A stretch of 64,000 nt of DNA from a phage. Position numbers and translations under genes: made by a program. Position 1 is the stretch's first letter; each line of letters opens with the position of its first letter. The notes beneath the pieces are model-generated. The model saw only the letters and a program-made list of their open reading frames with translations, made no database searches and was not told the origin of the DNA. Positions 62,256 through 64,000 of this stretch are shown piece by piece. Location: the sequence record PZ386961.1; one strand, given 5' to 3'.

Positions 62256-62855
62256 TTATTTTACCCCTTTGGAGTCTACATCTAGATGGATAGTATATTC
62301 TGGTGGCTCTTGTCCTTCTTCGTAAACTAATTCACCATCAACAATGACACGTTCAATAATACCTCCACGTTCATCTTTCAGGACTGAATTTTTTACAAGA
62401 GTTACAACAAGAGGTGCAGAATTTTCGAAATCTGTATTAAGATAAGTGTAGTCATTTGGGATAGCTCCAGTGTCTAGAACTGTAGCTCCTGTCTCTTCAA
62501 GAATTAAATCTCTGACTGAACTCATCTCTAATCGTTGTTTAAGCTCAAGCATAATACTGTGAGCACCTTTACCATTTACCGTAATTAATACTGGAATCTG
62601 AAAAGCAATTCTGTAGCAAACTACATCATCCTCAACAAACTTATCAAGAACCCAACCATAAGGTGTTGCAGCATCTTGACAATATACGGTAATAAATGGC
62701 TGGTCAGGTTTTAAACCTTTGTCATTTGAGTTATCAGAAGGGTAAGCTCTAATTACGTTTGGTCTATTATTTTTATCACGAGCTAGTCTGTGACCAATAA
62801 CATCCACTAAGGTTCTAACTAGACCTTTTTCAAGTTCTGCTGTTTCTAACTGCAT
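62256..62855 (-). CDS. putative neck/tail completion protein
   Basis: 199 aa; synteny. Confidence 0.35.
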   Translation of the reverse strand: MQLETAELEKGLVRTLVDVIGHRLARDKNNRPNVIRAYPSDNSNDKGLKPDQPFITVYCQDAATPYGWVLDKFVEDDVVCYRIAFQIPVLITVNGKGAHSIMLELKQRLEMSSVRDLILEETGATVLDTGAIPNDYTYLNTDFENSAPLVVTLVKNSVLKDERGGIIERVIVDGELVYEEGQEPPEYTIHLDVDSKGVK

Positions 62856-63231
62856 TCATTTTATCCCTTCTAATAATGATATATTCATAATGGGACGTAT
62901 GGGCTAATTGCTGTGACCAATCCATAGTCATAAATACTTCATACTCATGACCGTCAATCATAACAATGTCAGACTCATTCCACTCTACATCATCTGAAGT
63001 TCTAAGTTTATATGTAGTATACAGGATTCTTGTATCGGTAAGCCTGATACCTTCCGGTAAAGCAATCTGTGTACCATTCTTTACAGAACCTTTGATATAT
63101 GGCTGGATATTACCTTTGCAGTTAACCTCTACAATATCTTGTGAAGCTACCCAATCACCATCATCATTGTAATAACCGTCTTCAGAGACTTTACGCTTTA
63201 CTACAAAGCTGTGTCTGTTTAAGAGTCTCAT
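62830..63231 (-). CDS. hypothetical virion protein
   Basis: 133 aa. Confidence 0.4.
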   Translation of the reverse strand: MRLLNRHSFVVKRKVSEDGYYNDDGDWVASQDIVEVNCKGNIQPYIKGSVKNGTQIALPEGIRLTDTRILYTTYKLRTSDDVEWNESDIVMIDGHEYEVFMTMDWSQQLAHTSHYEYIIIRRDKMNAVRNSRT

Positions 63232-63710
63232 TTCTTAATACCCTTCTTAGTAGAAATTTTATAAGCAAGGTTATCCCTTAAGTCACCTGTCTCAACAAGA
63301 GGTGCATTAAAGCCTTTTTTCTTGACTGTGGAAGGTGCGTTAGGAGGGAGTATAGCAGAATTACCAAAACCTCTTTTAATTGCCTTTTGAGCATCCTTTG
63401 CAAATGCTTCTAAAGTATTTGAAGGGTCTGTGTTGAGACTGCTAAGTTGCTTATATAGATTCTTCTTAGTCTGCTCTAACAAGGTCTGTTTGTTTAGCAT
63501 CATAGTGATTTCAAACAACCTACGATATACTTTACCAGAAGCTGAAGGAACCCCAATAACTTCTTGTAAATACATTAAAGCAGGATAAGAAAAACCAGAG
63601 CTATGTTGACCTTGTTCTTGAAAATACCCAACTTGAGCATTAGCCGTTTGCAAGTTCTTCATAGCCCCGACTAATTTTGCTCTAGCGGGGTGAATAACCC
63701 TTTTAACCAT
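63228..63710 (-). CDS. putative virion morphogenesis/tail completion protein
   Basis: 160 aa; synteny. Confidence 0.35.
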   Translation of the reverse strand: MVKRVIHPARAKLVGAMKNLQTANAQVGYFQEQGQHSSGFSYPALMYLQEVIGVPSASGKVYRRLFEITMMLNKQTLLEQTKKNLYKQLSSLNTDPSNTLEAFAKDAQKAIKRGFGNSAILPPNAPSTVKKKGFNAPLVETGDLRDNLAYKISTKKGIKK

Positions 63711-63973
63711 TATTCATCTCGCTCGATAATAAATACGCCATTAACACGGTTGCAGTAATCTCTGCCTTCGTATCTGGCAGCATCACCATATTCTGTGTAT
63801 TTCTTGACAGAGCAAGGATTTTGACGACGCATGTCAATATCACACTGATTAATACCACCTGCATAGGGCAGTCCTGAAACAGAGCTTTTAACAAGGTCAT
63901 CATAAACAGCTTTCAGAGATTTGAATCTGGAAGAGTTACGTAAATAAACACCACCAACCTTCTCATCTCCCAT
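63710..63973 (-). CDS. hypothetical protein (possibly N-terminally extended beyond track start)
   Basis: 87-aa ORF near window end. Confidence 0.35.
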   Translation of the reverse strand: MGDEKVGGVYLRNSSRFKSLKAVYDDLVKSSVSGLPYAGGINQCDIDMRRQNPCSVKKYTEYGDAARYEGRDYCNRVNGVFIIERDE

Positions 63974-64000
63974 CTTGGCTACTTGAAAGAGTAAATATTT

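Noticed and set aside
63703-63903. 66-aa minus-strand ORF overlapping 63710..63973
   Set aside because: It lies wholly inside a longer co-directional ORF in another frame; judged a frame artefact.

Overview
This 64-kb window looks like a contiguous piece of a virulent, AT-rich dsDNA myovirus genome; I found no integrase, CRISPR array, rRNA or convincing tRNA. Gene content resembles Felix O1-like (Ounavirinae-type) phages, but that is from memory of family motifs, not a database search. Layout: (i) 1-36137, almost all minus strand: about 20 small early ORFs fronted by reiterated promoter/leader cassettes, a TARG1-like macrodomain protein, a spanin-like overlapping pair, a secreted lytic transglycosylase, rIIA/rIIB, a NAMPT-like plus PRPP-synthetase-like pair, anaerobic (NrdD/NrdG) and aerobic (NrdA/NrdB) ribonucleotide reductases, glutaredoxin, HNH and GIY-YIG homing endonucleases, flap endonuclease, putative SSB, T7 gp4-like primase-helicase and dNMP kinase. 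(ii) 36395-47436, plus strand: family A DNA polymerase, HNH endonuclease, ATP-dependent ligase, small accessory ORFs, DHFR and thymidylate synthase, interrupted by two unusual noncoding loci built from period-5 GG-rich repeat arrays. (iii) 47475-63973, minus strand: a contractile-tail module (neck, sheath, tube, chaperones, tape measure, baseplate, two His-box tail fibres). The most interesting candidates are the phage macrodomain protein, the NAD+-reconstitution-like gene pair, the GG-pentamer repeat arrays behind a near-consensus promoter, and a 500-bp iteron-like noncoding region. All functional calls are motif-based and unverified by search.
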